64,000 nt of DNA. It comes from a virus. The stretch spans positions 27,825-91,824 of the IMG/VR virus record IMGVR_UViG_3300036766_000317. One strand, written 5' to 3'. Below, piece by piece: positions 8,011-16,161 of this stretch. Under the pieces are notes generated by a model. It saw only the letters and a program-made list of their open reading frames with translations, was not told the origin of the DNA and ran no database searches. The translations under genes were made by a program, and so were the position numbers. Position 1 is the first letter of the stretch, and each line of letters starts with the position of its first letter.

Positions 8011-8355
8011 ATGGACAGAAAAATGTCGAGTGATCTGGATAACTACATTACCGGACATTACGGGGAAGATCAGTTCAAAAGACCTCGGAAAAAAGATAAA
8101 AAGGGGAAGGAATCATTGGTCCATGAATTAGAACACCAGATGAAGAACCTTAACGTCAGTCAGATGTTGGAATTAGTCAAGAGATCGGGAAATACGGAAA
8201 AACGCAGATTCCGATTAAAAGGCCCTACGGGCAGTTTAGATGGAACTATCCATGATGCCGATTTCGGTATCTTGACTATTGACGAAGTACCAGAGTTCTT
8301 TCTGGCAAAAGATTTCTTGTTGGCCAATGACGTAGTTTGGGAACTCATTAACTAA
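8011..8355 (+). CDS. hypothetical protein
   Basis: Start reassigned to ATG after AAGGAGAGGGT. Confidence 0.7.
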   Translation: MDRKMSSDLDNYITGHYGEDQFKRPRKKDKKGKESLVHELEHQMKNLNVSQMLELVKRSGNTEKRRFRLKGPTGSLDGTIHDADFGILTIDEVPEFFLAKDFLLANDVVWELIN

Positions 8356-8374
8356 ACAGAGAAAGGAGATTAGC

Positions 8375-8596
8375 ATGGAAGAGCCAATCAAAATTCCAGA
8401 GAAGGACAAATTTGTCCGAAATTGTCCGGGTCCCAGATATAAAGTAATTTCAGGTCCTGGAGGGCATTACGTCTATGATTACAAGTCTCTGGACGTGGTG
8501 AGGAAAGACGGGAAATTCTTTATGGGCAAAGAACCGTCGGAAGCCAGAGAGTTCCTTCAATCTCTAAATGAAGAAGCTCCCCTTATAGAAAGGTAA
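8375..8596 (+). CDS. hypothetical protein
   Basis: ORF track; SD AAGGAG. Confidence 0.7.
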   Translation: MEEPIKIPEKDKFVRNCPGPRYKVISGPGGHYVYDYKSLDVVRKDGKFFMGKEPSEAREFLQSLNEEAPLIER

Positions 8597-8608
8597 GGAT
8601 GGTAATCT

Positions 8609-8746
8609 ATGAAATGTGACCACTGCAATATCGAATTGAAAAAACGCAAGACCCCTCCAAGAACCGCGACAATTGACGGGGGAAAGTATTATGACTATTT
8701 TCAATGCCCAAAATGCAAAACGAATTATGCCAAAGCCAAAAAGTAG
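8609..8746 (+). CDS. small zinc-ribbon protein (45 aa)
   Basis: MKCDHCNIEL...FQCPKCK; stop abuts twister copy 6. Confidence 0.7.
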   Translation: MKCDHCNIELKKRKTPPRTATIDGGKYYDYFQCPKCKTNYAKAKK

Positions 8747-8799
8747 CAGAGGACGCTGCTTCGGCAGCGTAATGCACAAATCCAGTCCCAAGTCTGGAT
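8746..8799 (+). ncRNA. twister ribozyme copy 6; predicted cut U8770/A8771
   Basis: GCA-GAGGA-[CGCUGC-UUCG-GCAGCG]-UAA-UGC-AC-AA-[AUCCAG-UCCCAAGU-CUGGAU]. Confidence 0.88.
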
Positions 8800-8824
8800 A
8801 AAATAAGAAAAGGAGGAAAGAGCT

Positions 8825-9052
8825 ATGCCAAAAAACGTAAGAAATTTCTGGATCGAAGCAGATGTCGATGGGGGAACTCCCATCGGAGCAGGCCCTAAAT
8901 CCAAAGATGGAGGATTTTCTCTGTCCATCTTCATGCGAGACAAAGGATTCGTCAAGAGGGTCGCCAACATCTCAGGAGTCGGGGGAAGTGAATTGAAATT
9001 ATCAATTCATACGGAAGATGGTAAATATTTACAGTATACTACACAAAGGTAA
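8825..9052 (+). CDS. hypothetical protein
   Basis: ORF track; strong SD. Confidence 0.75.
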   Translation: MPKNVRNFWIEADVDGGTPIGAGPKSKDGGFSLSIFMRDKGFVKRVANISGVGGSELKLSIHTEDGKYLQYTTQR

Positions 9053-9076
9053 CAGATGAAAAAGGAGGAAAGAGCT

Positions 9077-9280
9077 ATGCCAATCGAAACAGATTTCACC
9101 AATTTGCTCAAGCATATCGATGATGCTTCTGATGGATTGGAACAAAAGGTCGAATCGACGGAAGAGGAGTTGGACACTTTGAATACTCTCCTTACGAGAA
9201 AAAAAGAGCTTGTCGATAAAATCAACTCCCTCGCCGAAGAGATTGAGGACTTCCTCAACGACGCCAATTCCCTCATCTGA
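9077..9280 (+). CDS. small acidic coiled-coil protein
   Basis: Start after AAGGAGGAAAGAGCT; about 18 D/E vs 6 K/R in 67 aa. Confidence 0.75.
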   Translation: MPIETDFTNLLKHIDDASDGLEQKVESTEEELDTLNTLLTRKKELVDKINSLAEEIEDFLNDANSLI

Positions 9281-9281
9281 A

Positions 9282-9337
9282 TGCAGAGGACAGCCTCAAC
9301 AGAGGCTGTAATGGACATCTCGGTTCCAAGTCCGAGA
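9282..9337 (+). ncRNA. twister ribozyme copy 7 (variant, G.G mismatch in P2); predicted cut U9309/A9310
   Basis: UGCA-GAGGA-[CAGCCUC/GAGGCUG]-UAA-UGG-AC-A-[UCUCGG-UUCCAAGU-CCGAGA]. Confidence 0.75.
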
Positions 9338-9362
9338 AATAAATTAAAGGAGGGAAGAGAGT

Positions 9363-9596
9363 ATGCACAAAAGACCCACACCAAATCAAGAGAGGTCTTT
9401 CCGTCACTTCTTCGGAAAATCTACCAGTGTTTACTGGAATCCTTTATTTGGATTTGATATCGTTCAATTTGATGCCGACATGCAGTCCGAACAAGGATAC
9501 GTTGAGGATGGAAAAACAAGCCTTCGGGAATTTCTCGTCCAGAAATTCGGTCAAGAGGCTTCGGATCTAGTAAACTCTTTAATAGGAGGTGTTTAA
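9363..9596 (+). CDS. hypothetical protein
   Basis: ORF track; strong SD. Confidence 0.7.
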   Translation: MHKRPTPNQERSFRHFFGKSTSVYWNPLFGFDIVQFDADMQSEQGYVEDGKTSLREFLVQKFGQEASDLVNSLIGGV

Positions 9597-9871
9597 TGGA
9601 AAAGAAAACAGTTGTGATTTTCCGAAAGTTCCCGGAGGGGGATATTATAGCCATGTTCCCCGAAATTCAGGCGGATCAAAATCGTTGTGATTGTCTGAGC
9701 TATCAGCATATCGGCCAGCATGGTCCTGCTTCATATTTTCTGGTAGACCGAACGAAATTAGCTATTGCTGCTGAATATGCAGAGCTGAAAGCGGAGCTTG
9801 AATCAATCGGCTATGATCTGATAATCCGAAAACGGATCAACAAGCATTGGTATGAGGTAAAGGAGGGGTAA
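9596..9871 (+). CDS. hypothetical phage protein (SYQHIGQHG motif)
   Basis: ORF track; coupled start. Confidence 0.7.
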   Translation: MEKKTVVIFRKFPEGDIIAMFPEIQADQNRCDCLSYQHIGQHGPASYFLVDRTKLAIAAEYAELKAELESIGYDLIIRKRINKHWYEVKEG

Positions 9872-9873
9872 AT

Positions 9874-10068
9874 ATGCGTTCATGGAGGTGGTATATACAC
9901 TTTCCACAAGATGCGTATGCTTTAGGACCAATTCATTTTGAAAAGAGGGATTACACAAAGCCTCCTAATGAAAGGGATGTCCGACAGTATGCGAGAGAGT
10001 GGGAGGGTGTGAAACGATTGCCGACGGGGTTTTCTTGTTGGTCTGCTGAGTATTGGTCTGCTGAGTAA
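9874..10068 (+). CDS. hypothetical protein
   Basis: ORF track; SD AAGGAGG. Confidence 0.65.
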   Translation: MRSWRWYIHFPQDAYALGPIHFEKRDYTKPPNERDVRQYAREWEGVKRLPTGFSCWSAEYWSAE

Positions 10069-10078
10069 AGGAGGAAGT

Positions 10079-10246
10079 ATGAAACTGACTGAGTTTGAAT
10101 GGCATCTGAAAAAGATTGCCGAATCAACCTTGAAAATGCCTGATACTATGGTAAAGATCATAGGCGGGATGACAAAAGATGAGGCTAAAGAAATTCTGGG
10201 TAAATTAGGCAAAAAAGAATTGGAAGAGGATGTAGAAAAGATATAA
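10079..10246 (+). CDS. hypothetical protein (55 aa)
   Basis: MKLTEFEWHLKKIAE...GGMTKDEAKEIL; SD AAGGAGG. Confidence 0.7.
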   Translation: MKLTEFEWHLKKIAESTLKMPDTMVKIIGGMTKDEAKEILGKLGKKELEEDVEKI

Positions 10247-10263
10247 TCCACCTAAAATAGTGC

Positions 10264-10292
10264 TTGACATATCAATATGTTTTTGATATACT
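10264..10292 (+). promoter_or_regulatory. sigma70-type promoter at start of replication region
   Basis: TTGACA-17 bp-TATACT with TG extension. Confidence 0.8.
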
Positions 10293-10323
10293 AAAATCCA
10301 AGTAGAAAAAGGAGAAGGAGTGT

Positions 10324-10749
10324 ATGGAAATTCAAAGTTCCCTTTTTGAATCAACACAGCAGGAGGGGGGATTTGTGCCCTCTCGCAAAAGAATTGGGCC
10401 GAGACCTATGGTCTTAAAATCGATGGAGATTTTAACCAAAAATGTTCCCGATATCCCACATAAAGAGGAAGTTGATCGTCTTATGCAAGCAACAATCAAT
10501 CGTATGTACATCCCCAGATCCGAATATCTTGAGTATATAGAAGTTTCCAAACTTCTCATTACGGCTTCCGAAAAATTTCGGATGACTATTTCAAATGTGG
10601 TAGACGGGGCTTTAGAACTCATGAGAAAATTGCCGAATCTATATAGCAACCAAGCTATCTTCATGTCGTTGGAAGAGCCGATTTATGGATTTGCAATCAA
10701 GAAATCCATAGCAAATACAGTTGTAAGGAGAATGATATGCCGAAAATAA
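10324..10749 (+). CDS. hypothetical protein with N-terminal QSSLF clamp-binding-like motif
   Basis: ORF track; SD AAGGAG. Confidence 0.7.
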   Translation: MEIQSSLFESTQQEGGFVPSRKRIGPRPMVLKSMEILTKNVPDIPHKEEVDRLMQATINRMYIPRSEYLEYIEVSKLLITASEKFRMTISNVVDGALELMRKLPNLYSNQAIFMSLEEPIYGFAIKKSIANTVVRRMICRK

Positions 10750-10949
10750 CCAGATCAATGAAAGAAGATCCACCCAGAAAGAATCATCACTTGTTAATCA
10801 GACTGCCAATGCCTCTTTCTGAAAGAGTCGTACATCAGGCACAAAGGTTGTCCTGTTCCTTAAATATGTTTGCGCGCCTTGCTTTTGTCCGGCTTGTCGA
10901 GGAAGAAGAAGCCAAAGAAAGGGGAAATGCCGTAAGTTATCCGCAGTAA
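10737..10949 (+). CDS. ribbon-helix-helix (Arc/HicB-like) DNA-binding protein
   Basis: HLLIRLPMPLSERVVHQAQRLSCSLNMFARLAF. Confidence 0.6.
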   Translation: MPKITRSMKEDPPRKNHHLLIRLPMPLSERVVHQAQRLSCSLNMFARLAFVRLVEEEEAKERGNAVSYPQ

Positions 10950-10973
10950 TTCAATCCTAAAAGGAGGAAAATC

Positions 10974-11345
10974 ATGAGATGCGTTTATTGTAGTACCTTT
11001 TGTGAATCTCCATCCCGTGTTAGTGGTAATCATTTCTGTTTATATGCAAGAAAAATGGTGTCCGCAGATGATCCCATCTGTAATGAATTCAGTATCACAG
11101 GTACCTTCCAATGCAAACGGAGAGGCTGTCAATTAAGTGTTCCCATGTGTTCCGCAGCACAAACAAAGCCTTCACTTTGGTCAGAATGTACCCACTGTTC
11201 TCAGAAAAGAGAAATCTTAGAGATCAAACGCTTTGCCGGCATGAAGAAAAGAAACAACATTGGTCATATAGCGGATGCTCCTTTCCTTCCTCCTCCAGAA
11301 CAAATTCCCATTGTTCGTTCTAAGATTATTAGGAGGGCTTTATGA
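10974..11345 (+). CDS. Cys-rich metal-binding protein
   Basis: Multiple CxxC. Confidence 0.65.
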   Translation: MRCVYCSTFCESPSRVSGNHFCLYARKMVSADDPICNEFSITGTFQCKRRGCQLSVPMCSAAQTKPSLWSECTHCSQKREILEIKRFAGMKKRNNIGHIADAPFLPPPEQIPIVRSKIIRRAL

Positions 11346-11662
11346 AAGAAGAAACTGATGCTTTGGAAGCGGCGGCCATCGTGTATTTTGCAAATTGGTC
11401 AGACATCACAGAGATGGAGATTGAGTATCCAGAAACACCTGAATCTATCCTAATCAAAAAAGAAGTGATAAGCTCAATGCCATCTGAATGCCAAATAATG
11501 CTTAACATCATCTTTAATCTTCCCGAAGAGATGTTCCAGATCAGTGGTGGAAAAGTTAATCTCTACGGGGCCATGAAGATCGTGAAAAATATCACAGGGT
11601 GGCCTATGAAAAAAGTTCTCAAGACGGAAAACCTTCTTCGGGAACGATTGAGAAATTCGTAG
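11342..11662 (+). CDS. hypothetical protein
   Basis: ORF track; ATGA overlap. Confidence 0.65.
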   Translation: MKEETDALEAAAIVYFANWSDITEMEIEYPETPESILIKKEVISSMPSECQIMLNIIFNLPEEMFQISGGKVNLYGAMKIVKNITGWPMKKVLKTENLLRERLRNS

Positions 11663-11683
11663 GAAAACGTCAGAAATTTTGAT

Positions 11684-13207
11684 ATGCTGAAAGAAAAGAT
11701 GAGAAATTCTAAGGAGGGTGGGAAGTTGAGAGGCTTAATCAGAAAAACTGGACCGCATGCTGGAATTTCTGAGAAAGAAATCCAACAATCCCCACCCTCC
11801 GACTATGTTATCCAATATCTCGATCCAGTCGAAAGTTGGATGAATCAGAAACTTTATGATCTCGTCATAAAAGACCTTTCTTTTCCTGCTCAATACTATC
11901 GACAAGGCCCTTTCCATAAAATCAGAAAAGATTATGAGCGTAAGGATACAATCATTGCAAAAGCAAAAACTGGTGAATATATTTTCTACACAGGACTTAT
12001 TCCAAGAATACAAGAACTCTGCAAAGCTAAAGGTGTGGAATTAACCCTCTGTTCGGAGGAAGAAGAGCCTATTAAATTGAGTACGAAACCTATGCCTGAT
12101 AGTCTGAAACTTCGTCCGTTTCAAACAGACTTCATCAAACAAGCTATTCTCAAGAAAAGAGGGGTACTGATTGCTCCTACAGGAACTGGGAAAACCATAT
12201 TAGGAATAGGATTAATTGCATCATTATATGAACACTACAAAATTCTTTGGTTGTGCCATACTAAATCTTTAATGAGCCAATCGGCTAAAGAATTTGAGAA
12301 AGTATTTGGTAAAGGAAGTGTCGGCCTTGTTGGGGATTCCAACTTCGATGTGGGAAAATATGTTACTGTAGCCACTAGACAGACCTTCGTAAAGCACACA
12401 AAAGAATTGGCAAATGTATTTGACGCTGTGGTTGTCGATGAAGCACACCACATTTCTTCATTGGTTTATGCGAAAGAGAATGGGCTAATTAAATTAGGAC
12501 AATACTTCGATATATTAAAAGAATTGTATTGTCCTGTCAGAATAGGCTTGACAGCTACAAGGGCTGATAGTAAAGGAGCCCAATTAGCTATGGAAGCCTT
12601 GCTCGGTCCTGTTATCGGGGAATTTACGATCAATGAAGCACGAGAGCAGGGTTATATGGCACATCCGGTTATCAAATTAACGAAGTTATCCAAGAATATG
12701 GTTACCCACGACATGAGAAATTATGCAGATGTTTACGAGTCTGGGGTAGTCCGTAATCTAGAGATGAATCGGATCATTTCTGAATTAGTTAAAGGATATG
12801 CGGATGAAGGATTGACTTCTCTGGTAATCGTAACCCAGATCGTTCATGGAGAATTAATTCTTGGTATGGTGAAACGTCTCGGCGTAGGAGCCGTCTTTAT
12901 AAATGGTTCCACTGAAACAGAATCCAGAGAATTAACTAAACACGCCCTTAATGGCAAAATCCTGAAATGTGTTATTTGTACGGCTGTTTGGAAGGAAGGG
13001 GTCAACATCCCAGAGTTAAATGTGCTGATTAATGCAGCAGGGGGCAAATCTGAATTGGCGACGATTCAAGCGATCGGTAGGGGCATGAGGAAAACAGAGA
13101 CTAAATCTCATTTAGTTATCCATGACTTCTTCAACCCCAGTCACCGATTCTTGATAGATCATTTTGGATCTCGCCTGTGTTTGTATTTTGATTTAGGATG
13201 GATGTAA
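11684..13207 (+). CDS. superfamily 2 DExH helicase (UvsW-like); start may be TTG 11726
   Basis: LRPFQ, APTGTGKT, VVVDEAHH, GLTAT, EGVNIP, QAIGRGMR. Confidence 0.92.
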   Translation: MLKEKMRNSKEGGKLRGLIRKTGPHAGISEKEIQQSPPSDYVIQYLDPVESWMNQKLYDLVIKDLSFPAQYYRQGPFHKIRKDYERKDTIIAKAKTGEYIFYTGLIPRIQELCKAKGVELTLCSEEEEPIKLSTKPMPDSLKLRPFQTDFIKQAILKKRGVLIAPTGTGKTILGIGLIASLYEHYKILWLCHTKSLMSQSAKEFEKVFGKGSVGLVGDSNFDVGKYVTVATRQTFVKHTKELANVFDAVVVDEAHHISSLVYAKENGLIKLGQYFDILKELYCPVRIGLTATRADSKGAQLAMEALLGPVIGEFTINEAREQGYMAHPVIKLTKLSKNMVTHDMRNYADVYESGVVRNLEMNRIISELVKGYADEGLTSLVIVTQIVHGELILGMVKRLGVGAVFINGSTETESRELTKHALNGKILKCVICTAVWKEGVNIPELNVLINAAGGKSELATIQAIGRGMRKTETKSHLVIHDFFNPSHRFLIDHFGSRLCLYFDLGWM

Positions 13208-13212
13208 AATAA

Positions 13213-13306
13213 GGGCTGGTAGGATCAGCCAGCCCGTCTGAGTGGTGACAACCATTTTACTCCTTATTGGGAACTCACCACTCAGACTTTATTTTTTTAA
13301 GGAATA
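13213..13306 (+). promoter_or_regulatory. tandem hairpins with U-tract (terminator/attenuator) before primase; loop holds anti-SD
   Basis: GGGCUGG/CCAGCCC; 13-bp GUCUGAGUGGUGA/UCACCACUCAGAC + UUUAUUUUUUU. Confidence 0.6.
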
Positions 13307-13309
13307 TCA

Positions 13310-14191
13310 ATGAATGTTGAATCCTTCGACATCTTAGCCTATCTACAATCGAGAAACATACCATATAAAACATCGGGCAAGAATGTATCCCAAGGTTGGG
13401 TAGGCGTAAATTGTATATACTGCATAGATGGAAGTAACCACTTAGGAATTAATCTCCAATCAAAAACCTTCTCCTGCTTCAAATGCTCTGAAACAGGTAA
13501 TGCTGTGAAATTAGTATGCAGTATTGATGGGGTGTCCGTCCATTCCGCTTTAGATATAATTTCTGAGTATTCAGGCGGAACATACATTCCCAAAGAGAAG
13601 AAGTTTCAGACAAAAACAACCCTCCCAATTGGAGCATCAAAGAAGTTCCCAAAATCCCATTTGGATTTCCTCATTAAAAGACGTTATACTGAAGAAGTGA
13701 TCAAAACCTATGATTTATATGCAACCGGTCCTGTTGGTATCTACAACCACAGAATCATCATCCCTGTGTTTGTGAATCACAGAATGGTTGCATTTGTGGG
13801 AAGAGATGTTACAGGAAATTCTGATAAACCATATTGGAACTCTTCTGATAAATATGGTACAAAGGATGTCAAGCAGACCCTTTATAATATGGATAATGTT
13901 ATTGGCAATACCGTAATTATTGTAGAGGGCATTCTTGATGCTTGGCGAATAGGAGATGGGGCTGTCTGTACGTTTGGAACGAAACACACCCGTGAACAAC
14001 TTCGTTTGTTGAAAGGAATGCACCGAGTGTTTGTCATGTATGACGCCGATGCTGTACCAATTGCTCATAAATTAGCTTACGACTTGTCATCTTTCTGCAA
14101 AGATGTTGTGGTGCTTGAATTGTCAGAAGGCGATCCTGATGAAATGAAGGATGATGATGTCAGAGCTTTACGAAAGGAGATAGGAATATAA
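13310..14191 (+). CDS. DNA primase (Zn finger + TOPRIM)
   Basis: CIYC..H..CFKC; RIIIP; IVEGILDA; MYDADA; DPDE. Confidence 0.9.
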   Translation: MNVESFDILAYLQSRNIPYKTSGKNVSQGWVGVNCIYCIDGSNHLGINLQSKTFSCFKCSETGNAVKLVCSIDGVSVHSALDIISEYSGGTYIPKEKKFQTKTTLPIGASKKFPKSHLDFLIKRRYTEEVIKTYDLYATGPVGIYNHRIIIPVFVNHRMVAFVGRDVTGNSDKPYWNSSDKYGTKDVKQTLYNMDNVIGNTVIIVEGILDAWRIGDGAVCTFGTKHTREQLRLLKGMHRVFVMYDADAVPIAHKLAYDLSSFCKDVVVLELSEGDPDEMKDDDVRALRKEIGI

Positions 14192-14254
14192 TTTTGTTGT
14201 AAGAAATTTGCTAATTAAGATATTTCCGATACTTATTTAGGTTTTTAATTTTAC

Positions 14255-14285
14255 TTGACAAATCAAATCTGCTGTTATATATAAT
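14255..14285 (+). promoter_or_regulatory. probable sigma70-type promoter
   Basis: TTGACA followed by TATATAAT (17-19 bp spacing) in AT-rich spacer. Confidence 0.6.
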
Positions 14286-14319
14286 ACCAAAATGAACTAA
14301 ATTCAAAGGAGAAATAATT

Positions 14320-14694
14320 ATGGATTATAAAACAGAAGTTCTAAACCTAATGATGGAACAACCTGCTTTTATTATACACAAAAAATTGCTCTGTGCATTA
14401 GGATCAAACCCGTCTTATTTTATAGCCTATCTGATGGATAAATTTTTTAGAGAAGCACCTACTTCTGATGGTTATGTAACAGCCTCTATAGAAGAAGTGG
14501 AAAAGGAAATTTGCATCAAAAGAGGAAGACAAGACTCATCCATAAGAATTCTCAAAAAGAACAAATACATAATAATGAAACCTAAAGAGGGCTCCAGAAA
14601 ACGACAATTCAAATTACTCTTTCCGAATTTTGACCCTGATAATTCTTATCGTACAGTCGTCAAAAACAAAATGGGTGGGGAGAATAGACCATGA
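14320..14694 (+). CDS. winged-helix protein, paralog of the initiator N-terminus
   Basis: HKKLL..GSNPSYF..DGY..SIEEVEKE..QDSSIRIL parallels 14691 ORF. Confidence 0.6.
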   Translation: MDYKTEVLNLMMEQPAFIIHKKLLCALGSNPSYFIAYLMDKFFREAPTSDGYVTASIEEVEKEICIKRGRQDSSIRILKKNKYIIMKPKEGSRKRQFKLLFPNFDPDNSYRTVVKNKMGGENRP

Positions 14695-16106
14695 ATCAAA
14701 AAGAATGGGACGAATTGCGAGAACAGAATTATGCCTTACTACCAACTTCTTTTACCATGCTTCACAACAAACTACTTGAGGATGTGGGCTGTGAACCTGC
14801 TGTTTTCTTTTCCAAATTATTGGGCAAGGAACGATTTTACCTGTCAAAAAATCAATTAACTACTGACGGATTCTTTTATGAAACAATTGAACACATGGAA
14901 AAGAAAACCAAATTATCAAGACACCGACAAGATCGGTGTATAGACATCTTAGTGGAACGAGGATTACTGATTACCGATGTCAGAAAAGTAGGCATTGCTC
15001 CCCGAAGGTATTTTCAAATACGTCATGACGGTTTTGCAGGTATTGTCAAATCGATTTGTAAGGAATTTACAAATCCAGAAATTCCTGATACTTACAAAGA
15101 AGATGAACAAGGTTTGATTTGTAAGGAAGAGACAAATCGATTTGTAAAAACGGGACAACAAGAAAGAACTTATATAATAAAGAACAAATCTATTTTAAAT
15201 GCTAAAGCATATAGTGGCGGAAAACCGCCACAACAAAAAACAATACTTCCTAGGAAAGCAAACAATCCCTTAATCCTTGTTGATACTACAGAACCACCTC
15301 TGGCAAGACCCGAAGGGGTTAAGCCAAGGTTCAGTAAACTCCATAAGATTAAACGTCCTACTGTTACATTTGATATTCAACAGATTATCGATTACTGGAT
15401 TAAGAAGGGTCTTCCCGGACATAAAGAAGATTCAAAAGCCTTTGATCAAGCTGTTATCTTCATAACAAAAGCACTTAATAGTACATTGCTTGAGGATTAT
15501 CTTGATCCTAGATGGCATAATTTCTTTTTCTCTGTTGATACAATAAAACGAGCTATTGATAATTTTTACCTTGCTGCATTCGATAACAGATATGAACCAC
15601 TAAGTCTTAATACAAAACAACGATTGCAGACCATTCGACTGAAGGATTTTTTATACAATAGGCACTCCCCAGAGGATAGATATAAAAGCCATTTATTCTT
15701 ATATTTATCCAAACCTAAATTAGCAAGCGAATCAAAATACCTCGCTATGAAGGATGACCATACCTATTGTACAAAACTTGTTAATGAATGGTACCATCAA
15801 GAATTTGGCGGAGTAGTGACAGAGGTTTCCAGAAGTCAACAGAATTCGATGATACTTGTCGGCAGGAAATTGGAAGAGTTCCTTATGACTCATAAAGATA
15901 AATTACAAATGGATGAGGGAATGCAGATATACGGCAATCGTAATCCTCTAAACTTTCTTGCTGGACAGTTGCTAAGGTGTGCATCTAAGATGCTTAGAGA
16001 GAATGATGGATTACGGGCTATATTCAAGCCTAGTTGGCTTATATCGGAAAACATGCTCTCAGACCGTTTTGTTTATTTTCTCAAGTCAGAACGCATGATG
16101 AAGTAG
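14691..16106 (+). CDS. replication initiator-like protein (N-terminal wHTH, lambda O/RepA-like layout)
   Basis: DGFFYETIEHMEKKTKLSRHRQDRCIDILVERGLL..PRRYF; internal iteron-like repeats; precedes DnaB. Confidence 0.65.
   Translation: MNQKEWDELREQNYALLPTSFTMLHNKLLEDVGCEPAVFFSKLLGKERFYLSKNQLTTDGFFYETIEHMEKKTKLSRHRQDRCIDILVERGLLITDVRKVGIAPRRYFQIRHDGFAGIVKSICKEFTNPEIPDTYKEDEQGLICKEETNRFVKTGQQERTYIIKNKSILNAKAYSGGKPPQQKTILPRKANNPLILVDTTEPPLARPEGVKPRFSKLHKIKRPTVTFDIQQIIDYWIKKGLPGHKEDSKAFDQAVIFITKALNSTLLEDYLDPRWHNFFFSVDTIKRAIDNFYLAAFDNRYEPLSLNTKQRLQTIRLKDFLYNRHSPEDRYKSHLFLYLSKPKLASESKYLAMKDDHTYCTKLVNEWYHQEFGGVVTEVSRSQQNSMILVGRKLEEFLMTHKDKLQMDEGMQIYGNRNPLNFLAGQLLRCASKMLRENDGLRAIFKPSWLISENMLSDRFVYFLKSERMMK
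15047..15200. repeat. putative replication origin: GATTTGTAA direct and inverted iterons plus AT-rich tract
   Basis: GATTTGTAA at 15053, 15116, 15139; inverted at 15067; palindrome ACAAATCGATTTGT 15132-15145. Confidence 0.6.
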
Positions 16107-16161
16107 ATCGTTGACGGCAGATACTATTCCCGTAGTTATTCCGACACAGAAAAGAGGGTGT

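Noticed and set aside
725-9337. Early-region repeats as a CRISPR array or integron attC sites
   Set aside because: Repeats conserve RNA structure (G-U pairs, UUCG loops) rather than sequence and are separated by whole genes; no cas gene, integron integrase or RYYYAAC/GTTRRRY boxes seen
1443-9337. GC-rich hairpins after stop codons as intrinsic terminators
   Set aside because: No U-tract; they are followed by the invariant UAAUG and the twister P4 loop
10038-10067. 15-nt tandem duplication TTGGTCTGCTGAGTA
   Set aside because: Simple slippage duplication at a gene end, with no sign of function
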